The translations under genes and the position numbers were made by a program. From contig JAGBTH010000068.1 of NCBI GenBank assembly GCA_017631385.1, positions 1 to 51,022 of the forward strand: a stretch of 51,022 bases of DNA, in the 5' to 3' direction. Source of the stretch: Kiritimatiellia bacterium (GTDB lineage: Bacteria; Verrucomicrobiota; Kiritimatiellia; RFP12; UBA1067). Below, in pieces: positions 20,139-29,504 of this stretch (within the stretch, counting starts at the first letter, position 1; each line of letters begins with the position of its first letter). A model generated the notes under the pieces. The model was not told the DNA's origin. It did not search any database and saw nothing but the letters and a program-made list of their open reading frames with translations.

Positions 20139-20843
20139 TTAGAGAGCGACCGAAGCCATCTCATCAAGAATAGCGCGAGCTGCCGCGACAGGATCGGCCG
20201 CTGCGAGAATCGGACGACCAACTACGAGGTGGGTAGCTCCATCACGAACAGCATCGGCAGGCGTAGCGACGCGCTTCTGGTCGCCGACCGCCGCGCCGAC
20301 CGGACGAACACCGGGAGTAACGAATATCGTTCCTGCGCGGAGTGACTTCGAAAGAACACCAACTTCCTTAGGGCTGCATACAAGACCATTCGCACCGCTC
20401 GCTACGGCGAGATACGCGGCTGAACGAACCTGCTCAGCAGGTGTACGAGAGAGAATACCGACATCCTTCAAATCAGCCTCATCAAGCGAAGTAAGAACGG
20501 TAACTGCGAGAATCTTAGGAGCTGCCTCCCCGAATTCAGCAGCAGCATCTGCCGCGGCCTTAATCATCGCGTTACCGCCAATCGAATGAATCGTCATAAG
20601 ATCAACGCCGAGCTTACCGCCAGAGCGAACGGCGCGCTCTACAGTGCGAGGAATGTCATGGAATTTAAGGTCGAGAAATACCTTTTTACCAAGATCCTTC
20701 ACAGCCTTTACAACATCAGGACCTTCAGCCGTAAAAAGCTCAAGGCCAATCTTGTAAAAGCCAACGGCATCACCAATATCTTTAATTTTAGCGACAGCCT
20801 CTTCGCGTGTCTGGACATCAAGAGCAACAATTAATTCCGCCAT
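20139..20843 (-). CDS. pyrF: Orotidine-5'-phosphate decarboxylase
   Basis: LIVALD, FLDLKFHDIPRTV, VTVLTSLD, VTPGVRP, DQKRVATP, VVGRPI. Confidence 0.98.
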   Translation of the reverse strand: MAELIVALDVQTREEAVAKIKDIGDAVGFYKIGLELFTAEGPDVVKAVKDLGKKVFLDLKFHDIPRTVERAVRSGGKLGVDLMTIHSIGGNAMIKAAADAAAEFGEAAPKILAVTVLTSLDEADLKDVGILSRTPAEQVRSAAYLAVASGANGLVCSPKEVGVLSKSLRAGTIFVTPGVRPVGAAVGDQKRVATPADAVRDGATHLVVGRPILAAADPVAAARAILDEMASVAL

Positions 20844-20873
20844 AAGATTTATCTCCTAATTTTGTATTATAAA

Positions 20874-21701
20874 TTATTTACCAACTGCAGCATCAACAAC
20901 AGCCTTAAGAGCAGAAGTATCTACTGATTCAATCGTACCCGAATCTACCGCCATGGCAAACGCGGGGTCTATCGGAAGTGCAGCAGTCGCGGCAATACCA
21001 TGAGCCGCGGCGAGCGCGCCAGAGCCATCACCGCCAAAAATTCTATGCTCCTTACCGCAATCAGGGCACTTAAATACACTCATATTCTCAACCATACCGA
21101 GAACTGGAACCTTCATCATTTCGGCCATGCGAATCGCCTTCTCGACGATAAGCGAGACGAGATCCTGAGGCGAGGTGACGACGACCACGCCGCTAATAGG
21201 AAGCGACTGAAAAACCGTTAATGGAACATCGCCCGTCCCCGGGGGCATATCAACGAACATTACATCAACATCGCCCCACGAAACATCGCTCCAGAACTGC
21301 TTTACCGCGCCCGCGATTACAGGCCCGCGCCATACGACGGGATCCTTAGGATTTTCAACGAGAAGATTAAGGGACATCATACCAATACCGCCCTGACTGC
21401 GACAGGGAAGAACCCCGACGCCGTCGCTCTTGGCACGCTCAGTAACGCCGAACGCCGTTGGAATCGAAGGCCCCGTTATATCAGCATCTAAAATCGCAGT
21501 CTTAAGCCCGCGGCGAGATGCTTCAACGGCGAGAAGTTCGGTTACAAGGCTCTTTCCGACGCCGCCCTTACCGCTCATAACAGCGATAACGCGCTTTACG
21601 TTAGACCTATCGTTCATAGGAGCTCTAAAATCGTGCTCCCCATTGCATTTACCTTCTTTTTTTGATGCACAATCAGCGCAATTATGACTACATTCGCTCA
21701 T
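20874..21701 (-). CDS. apbC: Mrp/NBP35 (ApbC) Fe-S cluster carrier ATPase
   Basis: N-terminal Cys cluster, SGKGGVGKS, WRGP, DMPPGTGD, ENMS..CPDC. Confidence 0.93.
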   Translation of the reverse strand: MSECSHNCADCASKKEGKCNGEHDFRAPMNDRSNVKRVIAVMSGKGGVGKSLVTELLAVEASRRGLKTAILDADITGPSIPTAFGVTERAKSDGVGVLPCRSQGGIGMMSLNLLVENPKDPVVWRGPVIAGAVKQFWSDVSWGDVDVMFVDMPPGTGDVPLTVFQSLPISGVVVVTSPQDLVSLIVEKAIRMAEMMKVPVLGMVENMSVFKCPDCGKEHRIFGGDGSGALAAAHGIAATAALPIDPAFAMAVDSGTIESVDTSALKAVVDAAVGK

Positions 21702-21713
21702 TTCTAATACCCT

Positions 21714-21965
21714 TTAATACATCTTTTCGTATTCACCTTTAGAAACTTTTTTAAGGCAGTTAAATCCAGCGCGTTTAGCGCGATAGTGTAAATCTGTTTT
21801 TGAATGCGAAAGCCCAGGCGCGCAGATTACGCGATATATTTCGGCATTGCAATCAGGACACTTCTCAAGTTTAGCTTCCGAAAGACTCTGAGTTATATCA
21901 AAACCATTAGCGCATTTCGCACACCCCTTAGCCGGGTCTTTAGCCTCATAACGGTAAAGCGGCAT
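21714..21965 (-). CDS. FmdB-type zinc-ribbon protein
   Basis: MPLYRYE...CAKC...F...CPDC; start moved to ATG at 21965. Confidence 0.85.
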   Translation of the reverse strand: MPLYRYEAKDPAKGCAKCANGFDITQSLSEAKLEKCPDCNAEIYRVICAPGLSHSKTDLHYRAKRAGFNCLKKVSKGEYEKMY

Positions 21966-21966
21966 T

Positions 21967-22401
21967 TTAATTAGCCCCTTTCGCTGCGAAATATTCAAGA
22001 GCTGCTGAATATGAATTAAAACCCATCCCCGAAAAAGTCTTCTCAGCTACCATGCCAATAAAAGAAAACTTACGAAATTCTTCGCGCTCTTTAGGCTCCG
22101 TTAAATGAACCTCGGCTACCGGCAAATTAACCGCCTTAAGCGCATCGAGAATCGCGACTGAAGTATGAGTGTAGCCGGCGGCATTGATGACGATCGCATC
22201 GTACCAGCCTCGCGCCGCGTGAATTAGCTCTATTAAAACCCCTTCGTGATTAGACTGATGAATATCAACTTCAACGCCTAATTCAGAAGCCGACTTTCGA
22301 CAAAACTCAACTAAATCCTGGTAAGTAGCGTTGCCATAAAGTTCTGGCTCGCGCGTACCAAGCAAGTTAAGATTCGGGCCGTTAATAATTATAATCTTCA
22401 C
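21967..22401 (-). CDS. aroQ: Type II 3-dehydroquinate dehydratase
   Basis: NGPNLNLLGTREPELYG, QSNHEG, INAAGYTHTSVAILDA, EVHL. Confidence 0.97.
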   Translation of the reverse strand: MKIIIINGPNLNLLGTREPELYGNATYQDLVEFCRKSASELGVEVDIHQSNHEGVLIELIHAARGWYDAIVINAAGYTHTSVAILDALKAVNLPVAEVHLTEPKEREEFRKFSFIGMVAEKTFSGMGFNSYSAALEYFAAKGAN

Positions 22402-23426
22402 TTTGCGTCAATCTTAGCTTTAAGTTCTTTAACTTCGGCTTTAAGCTTAGAGAGCATCTTAGGCAGAAGAACTCGGCCTCCAAAATCCTTCATAGGCTCA
22501 GCCGGCGTTCCAAGAACATATTTAACCGACCCATCAAGCGACTGAGGAACTCCCGCTTGAGGCCCGACTTGAACACCGTCCGCTATCTTAATGTGGCCAG
22601 AAATACCAGCCTGAGCCCAAATAAGGCAGCCATAACCAATCTCAGTAGAGCCGGCGATACCACTTTGGGCGATAAGACCAGAATAACCCTTAACCTTTAC
22701 ATTATGACCAATTTGAACGAGATTATCAATCTTGGTCATGGGACCTATGTATGTTCGCCCGATTCTCGCACGATCAATCGTAGTATTAGAGCCAATTTCA
22801 ACACCGTCGCCAATCTCAACGATACCGAGCTGAGGGATCTTCTCAATAAATATCGAGCCGTCTTCGCGCCGTCCATTATTAAAGCCATATCCATCGCCAC
22901 CGAGTCTAACGCCGCAATGAATTATACATTCAGCGCCAACTACCGTACCCTCACGAAGAGTAACCTGGGGGTAGATATGCGTTTTAGCGCCCACCTTACA
23001 ACCCTCGCCAATAAAGACCTGAGCTTCGATAATAGCGCCGTCGCCAATTAAAGAACCCTTTTCGATTACAGTAAAAGCCCCAACGTGAACGTCATTACCT
23101 AATTTTACCGAAGGGTCAACTACCGCCGTAGGATGAACGCCCGGCGCACGAACCGGCTCAGGTGGCGCGAACAACTTCGCCGCCGTCATACACGCGAGAT
23201 TAGGATCGTCTACGCGAATAACAGAGCACTTAACTTCGCTATCCCAATCCTTGGGTAAAAGAACTGCCGACGCCTGAGTCGACGCAACTAGCTTTACGTG
23301 CTTAGGGTCTTTACAAAAGCTTAAATCGCCCTTACGAGCTTCTTCTAAGCCTCCACAAGCATAAAGCTCAACATCCTCACCTTCGAGAATGCCGCCAACC
23401 ATCGACGCTATTTCGCTAGCTTTCAT
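22398..23426 (-). CDS. lpxD: UDP-3-O-(3-hydroxyacyl)glucosamine N-acyltransferase
   Basis: Hexapeptide repeats, GGDGYGF, KIPQLG, TTIDRA, KIDNLVQIGHN. Confidence 0.96.
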   Translation of the reverse strand: MKASEIASMVGGILEGEDVELYACGGLEEARKGDLSFCKDPKHVKLVASTQASAVLLPKDWDSEVKCSVIRVDDPNLACMTAAKLFAPPEPVRAPGVHPTAVVDPSVKLGNDVHVGAFTVIEKGSLIGDGAIIEAQVFIGEGCKVGAKTHIYPQVTLREGTVVGAECIIHCGVRLGGDGYGFNNGRREDGSIFIEKIPQLGIVEIGDGVEIGSNTTIDRARIGRTYIGPMTKIDNLVQIGHNVKVKGYSGLIAQSGIAGSTEIGYGCLIWAQAGISGHIKIADGVQVGPQAGVPQSLDGSVKYVLGTPAEPMKDFGGRVLLPKMLSKLKAEVKELKAKIDAK

Positions 23427-23428
23427 TT

Positions 23429-23977
23429 TTAGTCCCTCTTAGCTTTGGCTGGATCAACGCCCATTTCTTTTAAAACCGCGTCAGTTACGTTAAAAGAATC
23501 CTTAGAATATAAGGCCGCCGATGAATCAATTACGAGATCATAATCATTCTTATCTGCAAACTTAGAAATGCGCTTTTTAAGATCATCTGACTGAGCCTTA
23601 AGAAGACCAGCTTCGAGCTGAGCCAATTCCTGCTGACTACGCATCATTTCAGCGCGAACCTTCTGTTGCTGCTGCATATAACGATTTTCAATTTCGCGAA
23701 GAGCCATTTCAGCGTCATCTTTAGCTTTCTTGGAAGACATTGGATTTCGAAGTGTTTCTGCATGCTTTTTGCCTTCTTCTTGAATTGCTGCAAGCTCCTT
23801 ATTCATATCTTCAAGCTTCTTGCGAAGGTCCTTCTCTGTATTTAAGAGAAGAGTCTTATTAGTATCATAAGCTGGATGATTCTTCACGAGAATAACCATA
23901 TCAACTGTCGCGACTTTAATGGCTAAAGCAGCGACTGACACGCTAGCGACACAAAGAGCTATTAACAACTTTTTCAT
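23429..23977 (-). CDS. skp: OmpH/Skp periplasmic chaperone
   Basis: Start moved to ATG at 23977 (MKKLLIALC signal peptide), KVATVDM, coiled coil, YDLVID, NVTDAVL; bamA-skp-lpxD synteny. Confidence 0.88.
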   Translation of the reverse strand: MKKLLIALCVASVSVAALAIKVATVDMVILVKNHPAYDTNKTLLLNTEKDLRKKLEDMNKELAAIQEEGKKHAETLRNPMSSKKAKDDAEMALREIENRYMQQQQKVRAEMMRSQQELAQLEAGLLKAQSDDLKKRISKFADKNDYDLVIDSSAALYSKDSFNVTDAVLKEMGVDPAKAKRD

Positions 23978-23999
23978 TTTAACACCTTTCTTTTTTATA

Positions 24000-26384
24000 T
24001 TAGAAATCATATCCAATAGTGAAGCTGAATACTTCTTCTTCAGCTTCATCTGGCTTCTTAATGGGCGCGGCGAAATCAATACGAATCGGGAACGATGGAA
24101 TATCAATTCTAAATCCAACGCCAGCTGTCCATGCAAAATTATCGCTAAAATCAAAATCGAATTCATCCTCACCGACAGCGCCCATATCGGAGAATACAGC
24201 TATACGTAAATACTTTACAATCGGCACTGTATATTCGGCGTTTAAGCAGAAGAGCGTCTGACCACCCCAAGGCATATAATCGCCGCCACCATCTTTATTA
24301 CGCGAAACCATAGGTGAGACATGACGGTATTCAATACCGCGAATAGACTTAGGTCCGCCTAAGAAAAGTCGATTATAAATCGGTACTTCATCTGAAAGCG
24401 CATCGATAGTCTCAGCTCTTAACGCGAGCATAAGAACATGATTATATTCCTTAAACAAATGGAAATAATTACGATGGTTAAACCCGAGACGCCAATATTC
24501 ATTATCACCACTGGCCAAATCGAAGAAAATACGCGAGCGCGTTCCGCTCTTAGGCGTGCGGAAATTATCTAACTGAGTACGGCTCCAATAAAATCTAGCT
24601 ACAGCTTCAAACGCGTCCCCGTACTTATCATCTTCACCGCCTGGTTCTGCAAGCGAGACTTTCTTACCATTTTTATACCAATAACCATCTTCCATCTCAT
24701 CGAGCTGAATTAATTCAGCTAAAAGCGCGACACCAAAACGACCAAACGCCTGAGTGTGCTTAAGCCCCTTCCATGGCATCCACATAAGAACTGGATAATC
24801 CAGCGAAACCGATCCGCCAGTACGAATTACATCATACTCATCATACCAACGTTGACGACGATACGCCTGAACAGTCAACTCAAGCGCGCGATCCATAAAC
24901 CAAGGCTCAGATACTTCAGCTTCGTATGTCTGAATTCGGGGACCGACCTGCGCATAAAGACGACCCTTCTGACCACCGCCGCGGAAAAGCTTACTAGGCG
25001 CAAAAAGATCGAAATTCGACTGATTAACTTCACCAGAAACATAAACCGAATCTACGGAGCTAGCGCCAACGCCAAAGTTGAATCGACCTGTATTTTTTAA
25101 TTCGTCTACCTCAAAAACCAAATCCCTATACTCAGAGCCATCAGGCGCCTTACCGCGCCCAGAATCCCTAAGCTTATAATTAACGCGGCTAAAGTAATAA
25201 AGGCTCTCAAGACGCTTTTTACTGTTTTCGGCGCGGTCTGCGAGCATTTTATCACCTGGATCTAATTCAATTTCGCGGCGGATTACCTTATCCTTAGTGT
25301 ACTCATTACCCTCGACAACAACTCTGTCAATAACGACTGGCACACCTTCTACTACATCATAAATGATATCAACGACACTAGAATCATCAACTCTAGGTAT
25401 GCGCTTAATATCAACTCTCGATTCAGCTAAGCCTAAATCACCAGAGCCAATAGTAACCGATATGCGCTTAGCCGCCTCATCTAAAATCTTAGCTCCAGCG
25501 ACCGAACCTTCAGCGGGCAACTTACTCTTCTCAAAAACATCCTGAATCGAATAACGCGTAACGCCCGTAATCTTCTGAGTGCCAATCTTATATAAAGCGC
25601 CTTCATTTACCTCAAAAATAAGAGCGTCAACGACCCCTACAGAATTATGAACATACTTAGGATACGACACCTTTACATCAAGATAGCCAAGATCCATATA
25701 ATAAAGCTTAATCTTCTCAACAGCTTGGGCTAAATCATCCTGTGTTATGGGTTTTTCCATAAACCAAGCTCTCGGATCCCAAAATGGCAACACACCAATA
25801 GCCTTACGCAATTCAGATGGGTCTACATTTTCAACTCCAGTAAAATCGTACGTTTTAATTTTAACCAGCGCCCCCTCTTCGACAACAAATGTTACATTGC
25901 AATTATTGCCGCCAGGGATCATCTTTGTAACTGGAATGACCCTAGCATTAGGATAATGTTTTTTAACATAATAATCACGAACCTTTTGAGCCGCTTCAGC
26001 TAATTCGCCCTCGCTATAAAGCGTACCGTCTTTAAGACCGGATTCTGTAAATATCTTAGATTCGCCAAACTCTTTATTACCTTCTACTTTTAACGGTGAT
26101 TGAAAGCGAACCTTGCGATAAACGCTAAAAACAAGCTCTACCCCATCAGCAACGCGCACCGCTTCGGCTTTCACATCTTGATACTCGCCAGAAGTTTTAA
26201 GAGATGTAACATCACTCGTAAGCGTTGCAGGATCATACTCCGAGCCCACTTTAGAAACGCAACGAGCGAGTACAGAGCTTGATTCGCCGCCAAAACCGTC
26301 AAGGACTTTAACCTTTACATTTGTAATTTTAGCTCCATACGCGCTAACGCTAAGAAGCAAGAGTAAGAATACTATTTTTTTCAT
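24000..26384 (-). CDS. bamA: Outer membrane protein assembly factor BamA
   Basis: POTRA domains (GNEYTKDKVIRRE), GGGQK, FLGGPKSIRG, C-terminal FSFTIGYDF. Confidence 0.95.
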   Translation of the reverse strand: MKKIVFLLLLLSVSAYGAKITNVKVKVLDGFGGESSSVLARCVSKVGSEYDPATLTSDVTSLKTSGEYQDVKAEAVRVADGVELVFSVYRKVRFQSPLKVEGNKEFGESKIFTESGLKDGTLYSEGELAEAAQKVRDYYVKKHYPNARVIPVTKMIPGGNNCNVTFVVEEGALVKIKTYDFTGVENVDPSELRKAIGVLPFWDPRAWFMEKPITQDDLAQAVEKIKLYYMDLGYLDVKVSYPKYVHNSVGVVDALIFEVNEGALYKIGTQKITGVTRYSIQDVFEKSKLPAEGSVAGAKILDEAAKRISVTIGSGDLGLAESRVDIKRIPRVDDSSVVDIIYDVVEGVPVVIDRVVVEGNEYTKDKVIRREIELDPGDKMLADRAENSKKRLESLYYFSRVNYKLRDSGRGKAPDGSEYRDLVFEVDELKNTGRFNFGVGASSVDSVYVSGEVNQSNFDLFAPSKLFRGGGQKGRLYAQVGPRIQTYEAEVSEPWFMDRALELTVQAYRRQRWYDEYDVIRTGGSVSLDYPVLMWMPWKGLKHTQAFGRFGVALLAELIQLDEMEDGYWYKNGKKVSLAEPGGEDDKYGDAFEAVARFYWSRTQLDNFRTPKSGTRSRIFFDLASGDNEYWRLGFNHRNYFHLFKEYNHVLMLALRAETIDALSDEVPIYNRLFLGGPKSIRGIEYRHVSPMVSRNKDGGGDYMPWGGQTLFCLNAEYTVPIVKYLRIAVFSDMGAVGEDEFDFDFSDNFAWTAGVGFRIDIPSFPIRIDFAAPIKKPDEAEEEVFSFTIGYDF

Positions 26385-26405
26385 AATTGTAATATTCTAC
26401 CAAAT

Positions 26406-27542
26406 TTATCTCTCAGAGGAAACAGCCAAAAACTCCTTCATAACCTTCTTTAAAGCTTCTCTATCAGGAACTTCTTCATCTGTAAATTTACCAAGGCTAG
26501 TCGGAAAAACGATTGTCTCGGAACCCTTCGACAACCTCCAGGCATCAAGACCAAAAAGAATATTATCAGCCTGCGAAAGAAGGTGGTGACTATGATCTAG
26601 CCCTTCTAAAGCCCCACAATCAGCTAACGCCCTACAAACTAACTCCTGATCAGACTCCTTCATAAGACGCTTCTCAACAGCATAAGCACAATCAATACAA
26701 ATACCGATAGGTACCGCATAACCATGAGGCAACTTATAACCACTCATCGATTCAAGACGATTCGCACTCCAAAGAGCGAAATCTGTAGCGCCCTTCTTAA
26801 CGCGAGACTCTACCGCTGCGATAAGAATTTCTTTAAACACCTTTAAATCGCGGTTTTTAAGCTTTTCAACTACCTTAGCGAACTTCTTCATAAGCGAAGA
26901 ATCCTTAACAGCAGCATGTCGTACAATTTCGCCTAAACCGCCGCACCATACACCATCTAATACTGTAGAAGCGAAAGCTACATCAATTACAACGCTATCA
27001 GGAATACACGGAACGCGCAGAGCATCTTTAACACTCTGATAATCTATAGCCGCCATCTCTGCATACGCGGCATCAACCATCGCCGCGGGCGTCGTAGGAA
27101 CGCGAACTAACTTTACTCCGCCGCGCGCCTGAGATGCGACATACCCCGCTATATCTAGCGTAGCCCCGCCTCCTAACGCTATAACTATATCATTAGCCCC
27201 GATTTTAGAGTCTACCATAGACGCAACAAGCGTCATAACGCTTTGAAAATTATCAGACTTATTCTTCTCGCCCCCGCTTAAAACAACTGGAGCCGAGGCC
27301 ATCTTTACACCATATCTCTGAAAATACTTGCCAATTCTAGTTCCAAGCGACTGAGTCTTTTGGACTACATTCTGATCAGCTACTAAAAGTACATTAGGAG
27401 TTTCAGACTGAGCGAGCGAGCGAAGAATATCCGAAAACGCCGCATTATCCTCAGCGAATAAATCATCAACAAAGTTAACCGTGTAACTCTTTTTAATTTC
27501 ACATTCTATTTGAATAGAATTCTTATCACGTGCCTTAGCCAT
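26406..27542 (-). CDS. 3-dehydroquinate synthase-like protein with degenerate active site
   Basis: GGEKNK, ALGGGATLD, VPTT, GEIVR, HGYAV recognisable; several catalytic and metal residues replaced. Confidence 0.8.
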   Translation of the reverse strand: MAKARDKNSIQIECEIKKSYTVNFVDDLFAEDNAAFSDILRSLAQSETPNVLLVADQNVVQKTQSLGTRIGKYFQRYGVKMASAPVVLSGGEKNKSDNFQSVMTLVASMVDSKIGANDIVIALGGGATLDIAGYVASQARGGVKLVRVPTTPAAMVDAAYAEMAAIDYQSVKDALRVPCIPDSVVIDVAFASTVLDGVWCGGLGEIVRHAAVKDSSLMKKFAKVVEKLKNRDLKVFKEILIAAVESRVKKGATDFALWSANRLESMSGYKLPHGYAVPIGICIDCAYAVEKRLMKESDQELVCRALADCGALEGLDHSHHLLSQADNILFGLDAWRLSKGSETIVFPTSLGKFTDEEVPDREALKKVMKEFLAVSSER

Positions 27543-27573
27543 ATTATAACTTTCTCTTTCTTGAAACTAAATT

Positions 27574-29244
27574 TTACTTTTTCGCCGCACTCGCCAAAAG
27601 TTCTTTAGCGTGCTCACCAACAATTGGCATCGACGCCTCGCCACCGAGCATACGAGCAATTTCCTTAACGCGCTCCTTATCAACGACCTCTTTAATAGCC
27701 GTTAAAGTTCGCCCACCGACAACTGATTTCGAAACTACTAAATGCCGCGAAGCGAAAACAGCGCTCTGGGGTAAATGAGTAATCGCGATTACCTGGCGCT
27801 TTGAGCCTATAAGTCGCATTTTCTCACCGACCTGCCGAGCGACTTCGCCACCGACATTAGCATCAATCTCATCAAAAATAACAGTATCAGCCCCATCATT
27901 AAGCGCGAGTACGCTCTTTAGCGCTAACATAACGCGCGCTATTTCGCCAGAGCTCGCGATTTCGGCGAGTGGTTTCGCGCTCTCGCCGAGATTAGGCTCG
28001 AACATATAACAAACCTTCTCGCACCCGCCACTAGTAGGCTCAGTTTTCTCGAAATCGACATAAAACTTAGCCTTTAAAAACCCAAGATCGCGGAGCTGGC
28101 GCGTAACTAATCTAGAAAGTTTCTCACCCGCCATACTGCGCTCTTTAGAAAGTTTAGCGCCAACCTTTTTTACAGTCTCAAGCGCCGCGCTCTCAGCTTT
28201 ACGAAGTTGAGCGAGTTTAACATCAAACCCTTCAATCGAATCTAATCTCTCGCGTTTAGCCGATAAAACCGCCAAAAGCGCTTCAACTGTATTCTCGCCA
28301 TTTTTAAGGTACTTACGCTTAAGACGATTAATTATCGACAATCTCGCATCAAGCTCTTCTAATTCAGCTGGATCAGCATCGATTTTCGTCATCGCATCGG
28401 CGATTGCTCGCGAAAGCTCTTGAATCTTAATGGTCGCATCTTCAGCTTCATTAGCCCAATCGTCAGATTCTTTAAAATACTTTTTAAGACGATTAAATTT
28501 AGGCTGCAAAGAAATAAGACGCTCAGCTACGCCATTATCCCCACCTAAAACATCAGCTATGGAACTGGCGATTTCGACAATTTCTTCGGCATGAGCAGCA
28601 GCGGCATGACGCTCCTCAATTTCATCATCTTCTATCGTAAGTCTAGCCGCCTCTAACTCACCAACCTGATAACGAAGAAGATCTAATTCATCTTCTGACG
28701 CCGTAGACGAAAGTAGCGAATCTATCTCAGAGCGTTTCGCAGCTAACTCTCTCCACGCCTTAGAATATTCTTCTAAATCAATCTTGGCGCTCTTATCGAG
28801 CGTATGACGTTGAAATGATTCTTCTAATAAACTCTGATTAGCGCGAGCGCCATGAATATCTACTAAAACTCTAGCTAAATTTTTAAGTGTAGTTAAAGTA
28901 GTTCTCGAATCATTGACCCATACCTTACCGGCGCCAGAGCCAGAAAGTACGCGGCGAATAATAAGCTCGCCATCTTCACAATTAGGTAGCCCCGCATCAG
29001 ACAAAACAGAATTCACCAAGTCGCGCTTCTCGCCGACCTCAAATTCCGCTTCGATACGGGAATTCTCTTCACCATCACGAACAGAAGAAGCATCAGACCT
29101 GGCGCCTAAAGCTAGCCCAATAGCGCCCATAATAACGCTTTTACCAGATCCTGTCTCGCCCGTCAAAACATTAAGCCCAGGAGCGAAATCAACTTCTGCC
29201 TTTTCAATAATGGCAAGATTCGAAATAGAAAGCCGAGTAATCAT
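27574..29244 (-). CDS. recN: DNA repair protein RecN
   Basis: LTGETGSGKS, DIHG, ASSGEIARVMLALK, FDEIDANVGG, ITHLPQ, EIARMLGG. Confidence 0.97.
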   Translation of the reverse strand: MITRLSISNLAIIEKAEVDFAPGLNVLTGETGSGKSVIMGAIGLALGARSDASSVRDGEENSRIEAEFEVGEKRDLVNSVLSDAGLPNCEDGELIIRRVLSGSGAGKVWVNDSRTTLTTLKNLARVLVDIHGARANQSLLEESFQRHTLDKSAKIDLEEYSKAWRELAAKRSEIDSLLSSTASEDELDLLRYQVGELEAARLTIEDDEIEERHAAAAHAEEIVEIASSIADVLGGDNGVAERLISLQPKFNRLKKYFKESDDWANEAEDATIKIQELSRAIADAMTKIDADPAELEELDARLSIINRLKRKYLKNGENTVEALLAVLSAKRERLDSIEGFDVKLAQLRKAESAALETVKKVGAKLSKERSMAGEKLSRLVTRQLRDLGFLKAKFYVDFEKTEPTSGGCEKVCYMFEPNLGESAKPLAEIASSGEIARVMLALKSVLALNDGADTVIFDEIDANVGGEVARQVGEKMRLIGSKRQVIAITHLPQSAVFASRHLVVSKSVVGGRTLTAIKEVVDKERVKEIARMLGGEASMPIVGEHAKELLASAAKK

Positions 29245-29262
29245 TCACCAACACACACACAA

Positions 29263-29336
29263 TGGAGCGGGCGATGGGAATCGAACCCACGTAAGAAGCT
29301 TAGGAAGCTCCTATTCTGCCATTGAATTACGCCCGC
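29263..29336 (-). tRNA. tRNA with tRNA-Gly body and CCU anticodon (nominally Arg-AGG)
   Basis: GCGGGCGTAATTCAATGGCAGAATAGGAGCTTCCTAAGCTTCTTACGTGGGTTCGATTCCCATCGCCCGCTCCA; loop TT-CCT-AA; U73 discriminator. Confidence 0.92.
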
Positions 29337-29349
29337 GGGGAAACTTAAT

Positions 29350-29441
29350 TGGCGGAGAGAGAGGGATTCGAACCCCCGATACCCTTGCGGGTATGCATGA
29401 TTTCGAGTCATGTGCATTCAACCAGGCTCTGCCATCTCTCC
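29350..29441 (-). tRNA. tRNA-Ser(CGA)
   Basis: GGAGAGA acceptor, CATGA-CTCGAAA-TCATG anticodon arm, long variable arm ATACCC-GCAA-GGGTAT, G73, CCA. Confidence 0.96.
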
Positions 29442-29456
29442 ATGCAAGTGGCGAAT

Positions 29457-29486
29457 ATGATACCAAAACTCCCCCCTAAAAGTCAA
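29457..29486 (-). promoter_or_regulatory. Promoter for tRNA-Ser, tRNA(CCU) and probably recN
   Basis: TTGACT-N18-TATCAT with TG extension. Confidence 0.7.
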
Positions 29487-29504
29487 TACCCCCGACTAAC
29501 TAGA

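Noticed and set aside
23978-24172. 65-aa N-terminal extension of Skp in the ORF track
   Set aside because: Overlaps the bamA 3' end; the signal peptide and SD fit ATG 23977
29263-29336. Full genetic-code reassignment of AGG from Arg to Gly
   Set aside because: AGG encodes conserved Arg in IspG, TruA, DprA and RecD2 in this window, and I found no AGG at a conserved Gly position in the sites I checked
28913-29479. 188-aa + strand ORF
   Set aside because: Antisense to recN and both tRNA genes
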